From positions 86,120,001 to 86,184,000 of the forward strand of contig NC_086097.1 of NCBI RefSeq assembly GCF_963921235.1: a stretch of 64,000 nt of DNA, given 5' to 3'. The translations under genes and the position numbers were made by a program. The DNA comes from Mobula hypostoma. Lineage: Eukaryota. Each line of letters begins with the position of its first letter. Within the stretch, counting starts at the first letter, position 1. The notes beneath the pieces are model-generated. The model ran no database searches. It was not told where the DNA came from and was given only the letters and a program-made list of their open reading frames with translations. Shown in pieces: positions 1 through 11,761 of the stretch.

Positions 1-865
1 CCTCATGGTCCACCAGGAGAACCACCTGTGAACGATTGTCGACAAGTTCTCTGCAGCCTCAAAGCTGTTCGGCCTGACAATCAGCCTCGGTAAGACAGAA
101 GTTCTCCTACAACCTGCACCAAACAGTCACTCTCCTCAGCCATGCATCACCATCAACGGCACTGTCCTGAACTCCGTGTCAAAGTTCTGGAGCACAAGGA
201 CATTCAGCTTTCAACCAAGCTCAGGGTGTACAAGGCTGTGGTCCTCACCTCTCTCCTGTACGGCTGCGAAACCTGGACCCTGTACTGCAGGCACATCAAA
301 CAGCTGGAGCAGGTTCACATGCGCTCTCTGCGGTCGATCATGAGGATACGATGGCAGGACCGATCACAAATCAGGAAGTCCTTGACAGAGCTAACAGCAC
401 AAGCACTGAGGCAAGGATCCTCCAGGCCCAGCTACACTGGACTGGCCATGTAATCCGGATGGGTGAAACAAGAATCCCCAGGCAGCTGCTCTACGGTGAG
501 CTTGGGCATGGCAGTCGCAAACAGGGCCGCCCCAGAAAACGATTCAAAGACAATCTGAAATCGTACATCAAATGGGCAGACCTCCAGCCTCGACAGCTTG
601 AGGACTCCTCAGCCAACAGGGCTGCGTGGCGCGCCCTGACCAGAAAAGCTGCATCTGACTTTGAGGGTGACCGAAATCAGCGCCTTGCAGCAGCACGAGA
701 CCGACACCACAAAGCTGTGTGTGCACCTGTTCTAACAACCGCCATTCCATGTCCAACCTGCAACTACACGTGTGCTTCGGCCTTCGGCCTCCAAAGCCAC
801 ATGCGTATCCACAGATGACTGCACAATGTTTAGTCTTCCTCAGACCCCGAGCGACAACCACCACA
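1..865 (+). mobile_element. RTE-clade LINE, 3' part (RT C-terminus), frameshifted; runs off the window start
   Basis: ORFs 142..453 and 351..818 give KLRVYKAVVLTSLLYGCETW, QLHWTGHVIRM..RIPRQLLYGEL..G.RKQGRPRKRFKD and a terminal CPTC..HMRIH finger, typical of RTE ORF2 C-termini. Short ACC-rich tail near 855-865. Confidence 0.85.
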
Positions 866-1330
866 GGGGAGCACAAGTTCACCAGCTCGTGGAATGAAGC
901 AGTGAGAGAAATTCCTGTCATTTTTTAGCAGTGATGGCCAGTGGAAGATCCATAATAACGGCTACCTTTGATGGGAGAAGTTTCACACCTTCTGTGGCGA
1001 TCCCATGGCCAAGAAAATCAGTGGTTGACAACCCAAGCTGGCAGTTGGCAAATTTAATAATCAACACATGTTGGCTGAAGCACTTGAAAAGTGTGCGGAG
1101 ATGAGATACGTGCTCAGATTTGGATGCACTGGCATCAAGTCTGCCATCCAGGTAAATGAAAAGAAAATCTAAGTCTTTTAATATGGAATCCATCAGCTGT
1201 TGGATAGTCTGTGCTGCATTTTTTCAGTCCAAATGGCATGCGCAGAAACTCAAAAAGGCCATAAGGGGTTATCACAGCTGTTTTGGGAATGTCCTCCAAG
1301 CACAGAGGTACCTGATGGGAGCCCCTAACT

Positions 1331-1430
1331 ACAAACAAGAGAAAATCTGCAGATGCTGGAAATCCCAGCAACACACACAAAATGCTGGAGAACTCACCAG
1401 CCAGGCAGCATCCATGGAGAAGAGTACTGT
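1331..1430 (-). mobile_element. Penelope-type terminal fragment inserted in Gypsy RT
   Basis: aaatctgcagatgctggaaat..acacaaaatgctggagaactc..caggcagcatc, the same module that flanks the GIY-YIG fragment at 8430-9110. Confidence 0.7.
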
Positions 1431-2035
1431 CTGATTTAGGGATCATCTGAAGGGATGAAGCCCAGGGTCTATTCGACTGGCGTGCAATTCTGAATCTTTC
1501 CATGTTGACAAGCTCAGCTTTTGCGGTCCGGTCAGCACGAACATGCATGGACTGGCGGGCCAGTTGTCGGAATGTGGTGCTCAACCCCATGTTTTGCGAC
1601 TATAGTGGAGAATATGGGCCTGGTGAGGTCTGAGAATCCCTTGACATCCACAAGCCTGCAGTTCGTAAGATTGACTAACAGCATCTGCACTGAGCAGAGG
1701 TCTAACCACCTTAGCTAGGACGAAGTCCCATGTGTAACGTCATCCAATGAAGCAGAGTTTCACCTGCTGTGACCCGCAAGTCTGGACCTTGCTGCCGTTG
1801 GTGGCCTCCAGCGAGGTTTTGTCACTCTTTGCCTTCTCATCAATAGGCAATGCCGGCTGCACACTCACTTGAGCATCCGTGTCACACTGGAAACGTCGCC
1901 CTGAAAGGGTGTCTGTAATGAACAGCAGACAACCCTGGCAGCTGGAACCCACAGTGTTCACAGACCTCTGGTGTCCCAATACACTGGCACTGTTGAAGCT
2001 GCAAGGTGGTTGGCACTTCCTAGTGTTCCTCCCAG

Positions 2036-2725
2036 GGGGAGAGAAGATGGCGGCGCGACGGCAGGGTGCGTGGCCACTTCGTGACGAATATCTGTTATCT
2101 GTCAAGTAGGGGACCATGCACAATTCTGATTTGATGGAGACAGACGTGAGAGTGCGGAGGAACATCTGGAAAGCTTCTGAAATGCCCACTTCGCTGCCGC
2201 TGCTACTGTGTGGTAACCAGAATCTCCAGAGCTGAAGGCCCCGAAATCCTCAGCTTTGCGTGTTTCAGTGGCTGGGGTGAGGTCGAAGGCGCTCGGCAGA
2301 GGATGGCGCTCGGGAGGCTGTATCGGAGAGGCTGGTCGAAAGCTTGGAGTTTTCGAACGGATGGACTCAGTGTTGGCTGTGGTCAGCTGCTTCCAAGGCA
2401 TCGGCAAGTTGACGGTGCCTGGAAGTTTATGGCAGGGAGTTTCTCCCTTTTGCCGCCTATCGGGGACTTGGGAGTCGATCGACTCGGGACTTTGAGACTT
2501 TTTTACAGTGCCCATGGTTTGTTCTTCATCAAATTATGGTATTGCTTTGCACTGCTGTAATTATATGTTATAATTATGTGGTTCTGTCAGTGTTAGTCTT
2601 TGGTCTGTCCTGTTTTCTGTGATATCACTCTGGAGAAACATTGTATCATTTCTTAATGCATGTATGCATTTCTAAATGACAATAAAAGAGGACTGAGTGT
2701 TCTCATAATCTAATCTAATCTAATC
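2036..2725 (+). mobile_element. Non-coding retroposon (non-autonomous LINE derivative) with YY1-like head and (TAATC)n tail
   Basis: Interrupts the Gypsy gag/protease region; starts GAGAAGATGGCGGCG, CpG-rich body, ends ACAATAAAA..TAATCTAATCTAATCTAATC. Confidence 0.7.
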
Positions 2726-3280
2726 CTTCCAAAGCGCAGGCCCAGTCATCTGTTTTTGCAGCCACGGGTGTCCTTATGTTGGGGGCCTTGCTAACCAGGC
2801 TTATTGAGGTAGAGAAATGAGGAGAAATAATGCACTGCCGCCTGGTGGAGTGCAGACTATCAGCCATTTTAGCAAGTTCCCTAAAGCCCATCATGGGTAT
2901 ATTAGCGAGGGCTATGCAAACTGGATCAGGCAGTTGCTGCATGAAAAGTTCCTTAAAAATAAAACGAGCATGTTAATTTCCCAAGAGAGACAGCATGTGG
3001 TCCATTTGCTCCAAAGGCTTACCATTACCGAGAATTGGTAAGGAGAGCAACTATTTGGCACACCCTGACTCCGATAGTCCTAAAGTCTGTAAAAGGTGAG
3101 TTTTCAGTGATCAATATTTATCGTATTCAGGCGGGTGTTCTTGTAATGCTACTGTATAGAAATATTCAGAGATTTGTCACAGGGCGAACTGGGCCTCCAC
3201 TTGTACGAACAAAACTCTTGCAGTTTCAAAGCAACTGCGTTGGCTGACATGTCCAATAACTCTGGAATCGTCCTTGAGAA

Positions 3281-3292
3281 TCGGGGTCACCA
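3281..3292 (-). promoter_or_regulatory. Primer-binding site complementary to the tRNA-Trp 3' end
   Basis: Minus strand reads TGGTGACCCCGA one base inside the LTR, matching the first 12 nt of the vertebrate Trp PBS TGGTGACCCCGACGTGAT. Confidence 0.75.
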
Positions 3293-3293
3293 G

Positions 3294-3507
3294 TGTAGGT
3301 TTCTGCAAATAAAACGAAGTGAGGCATTTTATGTTTAACGAAACCCATAACACATTTTATTGAACTCCAAAATCTACACAACAAAAGTGCATTAAAAACC
3401 TTTTACTAATGATGTCATCAAGTCGGACCAGCCTCTTAAAGCGAAACCCCAACTCAATGTTGGTGGTTGTGAATTATGTACATTTCTCCCAGTTATGTTA
3501 CCCTACA
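3294..3507 (-). repeat. 5' LTR (214 bp) of the minus-strand Gypsy element
   Basis: Bounded by inverted termini TGTAGG (3294) and CCTACA (3507) and adjacent to the PBS. Partner LTR not in the window. Confidence 0.65.
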
Positions 3508-3619
3508 AACCAACAACTACATACTTACGTGTATGGTGAGGAAGATAAGGCTCTGAGCCGGTACAATGCCATGTCATATGAACCAGAAAATAACAAATCC
3601 CAGAACAGGACTGTCATAG

Positions 3620-4140
3620 AGGCATTGAGTCATAGAGTTACAGAGCACAGAACAGGCTTTTTGGACCAACTGCACCATGCCCCAGGGCAGGCTAGTCTCT
3701 CTTGTCAGCTTTTGACCCTGACCTTCTAAACCTTTCCAATATATATACCTGTTCAACTGCCTTTTGAAAGTAATTGTACCCGCCTCAACTACTCCCTCCG
3801 ACTGCTTATTCCACTTACTGTACATACCACCCTTTGTGTTAAAAAAAAAGTTGACCTTTAGTTTACATCAAATCTTTACCCTCTCACTTTAAACCTATGT
3901 CTTTTAGTTCTCAACTCACCATCCCGGGGAAAAAGACTGAGTGCATTCACATTATCTATGCCTTTCATGTTTATTATACATCTCTCAGTCTCCTAGGCTC
4001 TAAGGAATAAAGCTCTAGCCTGTCCAGATTCCTATAACTCAGTCCCTCAAGTCTGACAACATCCTTGTAAAGCTTGATTGCACGCTTTCCAGTTTAATAA
4101 CATCATTCCTATAGCAAGGTGACCGAAAGTGAACACAATA
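3620..4140 (-). mobile_element. Old CR1 LINE 3' fragment
   Basis: Minus-strand VVEAGTITFKRQLNRY and FTFGHLAIGMMLLNWKA-like remnants, homologous to the CR1 3' ends at 43400-43900 and 61500-62070. Confidence 0.7.
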
Positions 4141-4974
4141 ACCCATATTGATCTATTATCTTCACAGGAAAACCACAGGGGTTTGGGGTTTGATGTTTTT
4201 CTTTGAAAGGCTTTCCATGGTTTTCTTTGTTTCGCACGTGTCTGGAGAAGACGAATCTCAGAGCTGAATAACGCATATATACTTTGATAATAAATGTACC
4301 TTGAACCTTGATACAAGTTCCTCGTGCTCACTATGGATCAGATCAGAACATGTTCAGGAGTTGCACCAACATCTTCCCTAAAAAATGACCCTTTTTATTT
4401 ACATGTGGGAAAATTTGATGGCAGCCCACCGCTTCGCAGAAAAATAAGTACAATTTGAATACAGGCTTGCAATTGGGTATATTCACAATATTAATGATAA
4501 CATAAAAGCAAAAAGAAGCAGAAGTAAATTGAAACTGCAGTACTACTGAAATTATTTGATAATTTTGTTTCAGATCCTGATGATCGATCCAATGCTTTTC
4601 TTCAGATTTCCTCGCTTATCTATTGGAAGGGAATGGGTTGACCTTGCTTTCAGTGTGGCTGACAGTCACCACATAGCTGGCATCTTAGTCATCACATAGA
4701 AACTGATCTGAATGAAAGTTGTCAGTCATAATCTCTGCTTTGGATAGAATTGCTGACGCAACCAGTTCAACGAACAAAACAACATAAAAAATTTGGGAAG
4801 CAGAGGCAGGGGTATCCTGCTCCACCACTCAGTATCTTATCTCCACTTTTCTTACTATTCACCATAACCCATAACGCCATTACAGAATGAAAGTGTGTTT
4901 ACACTGACCTGGAATATATCCAATGACTCGGCTTCCATAGAAGTCTGGGCCACAGACAAACAACAACTCATACT

Positions 4975-5150
4975 CACAAGAGAGTCTGCAGATGCTGGAA
5001 ATCCAAATCAGCATGCCCGATGTGCTGGAGGAACCCAGCAGGACAGGCAGATCTGTGGAAGTGAACAAGCAGTCGGTGTTTAGGTCTGAGACCCTCTGCA
5101 GTACTGAGAAGGAAGGGGGAAGGTGCCAGAATAAAAAGGTGGAGGGAAGG
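4975..5150 (-). mobile_element. Penelope-type terminal fragment
   Basis: tctgcagatgctggaaatcc..tgctggaggaacccagcaggacaggcag..tttaggtctgagaccct, the same module as 8430-8560. Confidence 0.65.
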
Positions 5151-5699
5151 GAAGATTCATATTGTTTTTTTTTCCTTATGATATACTATAGATAGAGTCT
5201 ACTTGGTGATGTATCCATGCTAGTTCCCAGAGAATCCCACTACTTCCCTCCCTCTAACTATTCTCTTGCACATAAAAGATACAGTAGCAGAGCACGCTAC
5301 AGGCCCTTCAACCATTCTCACAGTCAGCATCTGAGTTGTGGTTCAAACCCAGACCACCAGAGCACAACCCCTGCTACACCACTGTATCATCCTACTGAGA
5401 CAAGGTATCCTTATTTCTCATCTCTGTTTTAAATGAGAAACTTTTACTTTGAAAAAATGTCATCACAGGTATAGATTTTTCAACAGGAGGAAACATTCTT
5501 TAAGTAACTATCTTGCCAAATTCTCTGAGGATGTTAAATATTTTATTAAGATCACCAGAAGTTCAATGGTTCTTACATTGATTCTAGGTGTGAATGATGC
5601 CTGCCCGATCATTCAAAGTCTTAATCTTAATGTTTTCCCCAGCCTTGTGAGCCAATCTTAAATTTTTAACATCTTAAAATCCTAACATTAACATCCATC

Positions 5700-5995
5700 T
5701 TAATGCCAGGTAGCACCTATGGAAATTAATAAGCTGTCAATGATTTAGGCCAAGACCCTTCATGACTGTTTATTCATTTCCATAGATGTTGTCCGATCTG
5801 ATGAATTCAAAGAGAGCATAATACCTTCAGATACAGCAGCAGAATTAGGCCATTTGGTCCATCAAGTCTGCTCTGTCATTTCATCATGGCTGATCCATTT
5901 CCCTCAACCCCAATCTCTTGCCTTCTCCCTGTATTCCTTCATGCACTGAGCATCCAAGAATCAATCAACGTATGCCTTAAATATATCCCCAGCAA

Positions 5996-6027
<32 letters not shown>

Positions 6028-6070
6028 CGCGCGCTCTGGATTTCCAGCATCTGCCGAATCTCTTGTGTTT
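5700..6070. mobile_element. Inverted Penelope terminal fragments interrupted by a CR1 3' end (about 5810-5988, minus)
   Basis: ctatggaaattaataagctgtc / gactgtttattcatttccatag inverted pair. The module breaks at gatgaattc and resumes at ccagcaatgtgtg..gatttccagcatctg; the insert matches the CR1 tail at 34030-34200. Confidence 0.55.
5996..6032. repeat. (TG)n microsatellite grading into (CG)n
   Basis: Direct reading: tgtgtg run followed by cgtgcgcgc. Confidence 0.95.
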
Positions 6071-6404
6071 ATCCATCTTAACGTTCTGGCACCAATCCGT
6101 ACAGAACACTACTACGGAGCACCCCAGACACCTAGTTGGAATAACACCTCTACTGTACTACCCTCTGCATGTCTATGTCCAAGTCAATTTCAGTCTAGCT
6201 CTGTCCTTGGGTTTGTATTCATGCCAACTCTCTGAACATCCCGCTGCATCCTCATGTTACTTGGAGTCGTTCTGATAAGGTCTATCCTCAGTCCTGTGTG
6301 TGTACCCACCCATCCATCCCAGGCCTTTTTGCACTGAATCACCAAAACCTAACATTGTCTCTTTATTTGTGATTTAGTTTGCAAGCAAAATGCACTTTTC
6401 TTTG

Positions 6405-6605
6405 TTATAGGGATGGCATGGGTTCAATTCCTGCTGCTATCATTAAGGAATTTGTGCATTCTCCCTGTGGCCATGGGGGTTTCCTCTGAGTGCTCTGGTC
6501 TCATCCCATATTCCAAGCTTTAACATGTTAGTAGGTTAATTGGTCACAGGGTGCAACTGGGCTGGAAGGGCATGTTACCAAAATGCATCGATAAATTAAA
6601 AATAA
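6405..6605 (+). mobile_element. V-domain tRNA-derived SINE remnant (HE1-like)
   Basis: B-box-like gggttcaattcc followed by V-domain-like gggggtttcctctgagtgctctggtctcatcccatattccaa. Confidence 0.6.
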
Positions 6606-6749
6606 AAATATACTTGCCAAAATGCAGGTGGTCTGATTAGTAAATATGCGGATAACACAAAAAAGTGGTGGAATTGTGTATAGTGAAGAAGGTTGTTGAA
6701 TATGTAGCACAATATAAATAATTTGGAAAATTGGGCAGGGAAATGGCAG

Positions 6750-8330
6750 ATACGTTGTGAAATTTGTTGTTTTGCGGCAGCAGTAGAGTGCAATACCTAA
6801 ACATTACTAGCTGTTACAGAAAGAAATATATAAAGAATAAATCAATAGTGAAAAAAAGAGCAAAATAGTTAGGTAGTGTTCATGAATTCATGACTATTCA
6901 GAAATATAATGGTATAGAGGAAGAAGCTGTTCCTAAAGCATTGAGGCTTCTGTACCTTCCCCTAATGGTAGTAATAAGAAGCATGCATGTCCTGGTTGGC
7001 AAAGGTCCTTAATCAAGGATACCACCTTTTGAAGTTGTCCTCTATGCTGGGGGGTGGGCACTGCCCACGATGGACCTGACTGTAGCTTTTCTCAATCCTG
7101 CACATTAGAGCTTCCATACCAGAGGGTGATGCAACTGTACGCAATGGTCTCCATTGTATATCTGCAGATACTTGCTAGGGTTTTTGGCGACATGCTGTAC
7201 CAAATCTCCTCAAACTCCTAATGAAGTATAGCTGCTGGTATGCTTCCTTCGTGTTTGCATCAATATGTTGGGCTCAGGATAGGTCCTCTTAGATGTTGAT
7301 GCCCAGGAATTTGAAGCTGCTCATCCTTTCCTCTGTAGATCCTTCAGTGAGGACTAGTGTGTGTTCTCTTCACTTTCCCTTCCTGAAGACCACAATCATT
7401 TCCTTAGTCTTGCTGCTGTTGAATGCAAAGTTGTTGCTACAACACCACTCAGTCAGCTGATATATCACAATTCTGTACACCTCGTCGTTACCATCTGAGA
7501 TTCTGCCAACAACAGTTGTGTCATTGGCAAAATTATGGATGGCACTTCCACTGTGCCTGGCCACACAATCTTGGGTGTAGAGAGAGCAGAGCAGTGGGCT
7601 AAGCACATATCCTTGAGGTGCATCTGTTTTATCAGTGAGGAGGAGATGTTATTTCCAATCCACATTGACTGTGGTCTCCTGGTGAGGAAGTCAAGACTCC
7701 AGTTGCAGAGGCCCAGGATTTGAAGCTTGTTGGTTACTATTGTGGGGATGAAGATGCTGAATGCTGAGCTGTAGTCAATAAATAGTAGTCTGCCATAGAG
7801 AATTGCATCTGCTGTAGATGTGTTATGGCAGTAGGCAAATTTCAGTGTGTTCAGGTCCTTGCTCAGACAGGAGTTAATTCCACCGTCTCAAAGCATTTCA
7901 TCACAGTAGCTATGAGTGCAACCAGATGATAGTCATTAAGGCAGCTCACTCTACTCTACTTGGGCACCAGTATGGCTGGTATTCTTTGGAAGCAGGTGGG
8001 AACCTCTGACTGCAGCAGTGAGAGATTGAAGATGTCCTTGAATACTCCAGCCAGTTGGTAAGCACAGATTTTCAGTGCCCTCCCAGGTACACCATCACGG
8101 CCTGACACCCCTCAAGGGTTTACTCTCTTGAAAGATATTCTGACGTCGGCCTCTGAGACAGAGAACACAAGATTGCCAGATGCTGCAGGGATCCGCAGAG
8201 GTATTTTCTCTTTCAAAGCATGCATAAGGAGCTTTGTACTCATCAGAGAGTGAATCATCACAGCCATTTATGATGTTAGGTTTTGCCTTATAGGAAGTAA
8301 CAGCATGCAAACACTTGTCACAGCTAACAT
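6750..8330 (-). mobile_element. Decayed Rex1/Babar-type LINE RT and 3' region
   Basis: ORF 7370..7606 LSPLLCSLYTQDCVA..NFANDTTVVGRISD..SKTKEMIVVFRK, homologous to 12076..12897. Confidence 0.8.
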
Positions 8331-8431
8331 ACATCTGATTGCATCTTTAACTTGAAGTATACAACATTCTTGCCTTCATCGATCAGGGCATTGAGTATAA
8401 AAGTTGGCATGATATATTGCAGTTGGATAAA

Positions 8432-9110
8432 AGTAACACACACAAGATGCTGGAGCAACTCAGCAAGCCAGGGGGCATCTGTGGAAGAGTGTACAGACCA
8501 TGTTTCGGGCCAAGACCCTGCAGGAGGACTGGAGAAAAAAGATGAGGAATCAGAGTAAAAGGGTGGAGGGAAGAGAGGGAGAAACACAAGGTGATGGGTG
8601 ATGGGTGAAACTGGGAGGGGAGATGGGTGAAGTAAAGAGCTGGGAAGTTGATTGATGAAAGAGATACAGGGCTGGAGAAGGGGGAGTCTGATAGGAGAGG
8701 ACAGGAGGCCATGGAAGAAAGAAAAGGGAGAAGGAGCACCAGAGGGAGGTGATGGGTGGGCAAGGAGATAAGGTGAGAGAGGAAAATGGGTATTGGGAAT
8801 AGAGAAAGGGGGGCATTGCTGGAAGTTTGAGAAATTGATGTTCAAGCCATCAGATTGGAGGCTACCCAGACGGAATATAAGTTGTTGCTCCTCCAACCTG
8901 AGTGTGGCCATATCACAACAGTAGAGGGGGCCATAGACTGACATGTCAGAATGGGAATGGGAAGTGGAAGTAAAGTGGGTGGCCACTGGGAGATCCTTTT
9001 TTTTCTGTCAACTGTTTTCTTTTCCACAGATGCTTCCTGGCCTGCTGAGTTCCTCCAGCATTTTGCGTGCGTTACTTGGAGCTTCAGCGTCTGCAGATTT
9101 TCTCTTGTTA
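8432..9110 (-). mobile_element. 5'-truncated Penelope-like element: GIY-YIG endonuclease C-terminus, 3' UTR and inverted terminal copy
   Basis: ORF 8324..8986 begins ATHFTSTSHSHSDMSVYG..LRLEEQQLIFRLGSLQSDGLNINFSNF, the typical end of the PLE endonuclease. The terminal module is present at 8432-8530 (minus) and again at 9010-9110 (plus). Confidence 0.85.
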
Positions 9111-9319
9111 GGAGCTGTATCAAACATGAGTTAGGTTACATTTAGAGGACTGTATGTGGTTCTGGTTGCTAGTCCATAGGAAGGTTGCAGAGGCGTTGGA
9201 GGGTGCAGAAGATGTTCACCAAAATGTTTCCCGAATTAGAATGTATAAACAATAAGGAAAGGTTGGACAAAATTAAATGTTTTTCTGGAGCATCAGAGGT
9301 TGGGTGGTGAACTGACAGA

Positions 9320-9600
9320 CATAGTGGGATGGTGTGTAGCGCAATAGCTTTACAGAGCCAACAAGCACTGATTGGGGTTCAATTCCTGCCACCGTCTGAA
9401 ATGAGTTTGTACATTTTCCCTGTGACCACATAGGTTTCCACCCTCGTTCCATGTTTAGGGTTAGTAAGTTGTGGGCATGTTACGTTGGTGCTGGAAGTGG
9501 GGGCAATACTTTCGGGCTGCCCCCTGCACATCACAAACAATGACGCAAGTGACCTATTTCACTGTATGTTTTGATGTTCCAACGCAAATGTGACTAATCT
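9320..9600 (+). mobile_element. V-domain SINE inserted in a CR1 fragment
   Basis: A-box-like tggtgtgtagcg, B-box ggggttcaattcc, tail gggcatgttacgttggtgctggaag..gggctgccccc shared with 63305-63460. CR1 remnants flank it at 9110-9320 and 9600-9700. Confidence 0.65.
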
Positions 9601-11693
9601 GGGATGGAAATGTCAAATGCTAGAGGGCACTTCTTTAAAGTAAGAGTGGAAAATTCTTAGGGCGATTTGCAAGCAAGTTTTTTTTGACTTAGAGAGTGAT
9701 GGGTTCTTCCCTCTCCCATCAGAAGCCACAGACTACCAGCTTCCAGGACCTATTCTTCTAACCAGCTGCTATGAGTTGGGTGAATGTTCTTTAAAATGAC
9801 AAGATAGTCTCTTGACTTCTCAATCTACTTTGTTATGACCTTGCACCTTTTTGTCTGCCTGCACTGCACTTTCTCTGTAATTGTAACACTTTAATTTGGA
9901 TTCTATATTTTTTATAACTTGTAGGACAGCATCTCAATGCACTGTTGTAATGGAATGATCTGCAAGGGTAGCATGCAGGACAATATTTTTCACTACCTCG
10001 GTACAATAATAAACCAGTTTACCAATTTACCGGCTTTGGTATCTGGATTGCATTGCAGGGCTTGGAGTGCACCTACATACCTCAGTAACATTTAGGAGGT
10101 GTTTAGACAGACACATGAACAGAGAAGGAAAAGAGTGACATGGATCATGTGAAGGCATTTTCCTCATGGTCAGCACAGACATCATGGGCTGAAGCTGTAA
10201 TGTCCTATATTCTATATTAACACAGCCACTATAATGCAGGACACAATGCTTGAAAGATGTTAGTGGGTCTTTTAGAAAACCATTAAACATGTAAAAGATA
10301 TTTCAGCCAAGTTTCAGTGTATGACCAGACTCCACGAAAGGGACTGTAACCTTGGAAATGAGAAATGATCACAATTTAAAATAAAGAATAAGGAAATGGA
10401 GTCCTACAGGCAAAATCTCTGAAGTAGAATGACTTTAGACAGCTTGAGCTTTGCTCCTAGTGTACCTGGATCAGATTTCACAGGAAAAGCTATGTTAGTG
10501 GGCATTGACACAGAGGGTTGGAGATATGGGATGGCTTTCAGTTCTTGCTGCTAAGGGACATTCAGTAGAAGTGTTTGTAATGAATCACATTGAGCAAATC
10601 TGCTCTCATGTCCACTTAAGGAAATGCTGTTCTCTGCAAAGCTGGTAGACATTTCAATGGAGACTCATCAAATTTCTAAAATCCTTCAGTATAGTTAATA
10701 AATTTAAAACAAATAGATGACTTTGCTTTTATTTATGGCAAGATTCTTCAAGTAGGAATGAATTATGAAGTTCTGCCGAAAGGTTTTGTTGAAGGACCAG
10801 TATTAAATGAGAGCTGACTATTCTTCAGAGTATCATCAGATCTTTGGATCATATAAAAATTACTAGTAAAAGCAATTGAGAACTCCATTTAATGTTTCAT
10901 CTGAGATCCATAAGGTATTGCACAAGAGTACAGAGTGAATCTGAAGTCTTCAGACTTCAAGGTAATTGTGTTACCTAGACACAGGAGAGCAAGGAGACCA
11001 TTTGGTACTGTTGACTCCACCAGCAACACACAGTGATTTGGCTAATGAAGCACTACACATGATAGGATCCTGAAATAAATAAAAAGAAAATGCAGTAAGA
11101 GCTCATTCACCGGGTAGCATCTGAGGAGAAAGAAACAGTTACTATTACAGAATATTTCCAGCATTTTTTTAAACATTTATTTCATTACTTATGGCTGATA
11201 AAGAAGGATTCGATGTTCTTGTTTATAAAAAAAAGAAAACTGGTTTTATTTCTCAGGCTGAATTGTGCATGATGTAGAAGTCACCCATTAAAATACGTCA
11301 CAAAAGCAAGACTCCCTGATCCAAGTATAACAGTAAAATAATGGGAATATTTAGTCAGGCTTAAATTGTTCTTCAAAGATCTTTCCCTGCTACTTAACAG
11401 GGTAGGAAAATTGTTCTGCTGTCATCTGTACAAAAAAGCTTCATTTACAGATTGGCATGTGAAAGGAAAGTTTTTAAACTAAACACAGCTGGATGTTAAC
11501 TATATGTAGCCGATGCAAATTATCGATTTTCCAGTAGCAAGCCATGGAATAGAGTCTCATTTTTCTGGCCTCAATATTCCTTTACCAGAGATTATAGAGT
11601 ATTTTTGATTCTAGTTAATAACCTTCACCTAAGACAGAAAACTAAATTTATCTACAGCACTGCAATGAAAGTCCTCACAAGTCCTCTCTAAAG

Positions 11694-11761
11694 CAGGGGT
11701 TGCCAACTTTTCTTATGCCATGGGTCAATACCGTTAAGCAAGGGGTTCGTGGCATAAAGGA
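11694..11761. mobile_element. Tiny hAT (Charlie-like) MITE remnant
   Basis: Starts CAGGGGTTGCCAAC; flanked by ctctaaag / gtctaaag; reverse-complement homolog at 23957-24023. Confidence 0.6.

Larger units (their letters stand above)
865..3507 (-). mobile_element. Degenerate Ty3/Gypsy LTR retrotransposon (gag, protease, RT remnants), 3' part absent here
   Basis: RT motifs EDIPKTAVITPYGLFEFLRMPFGLK and FIYLDG..DFLGH (918-1590); protease-like LLFITDTLSGRRFQCDTDAQVS (1740-1930); gag-like QQLPDPVCIALA (2715-2942); PBS and LTR at the right end. Confidence 0.85.
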
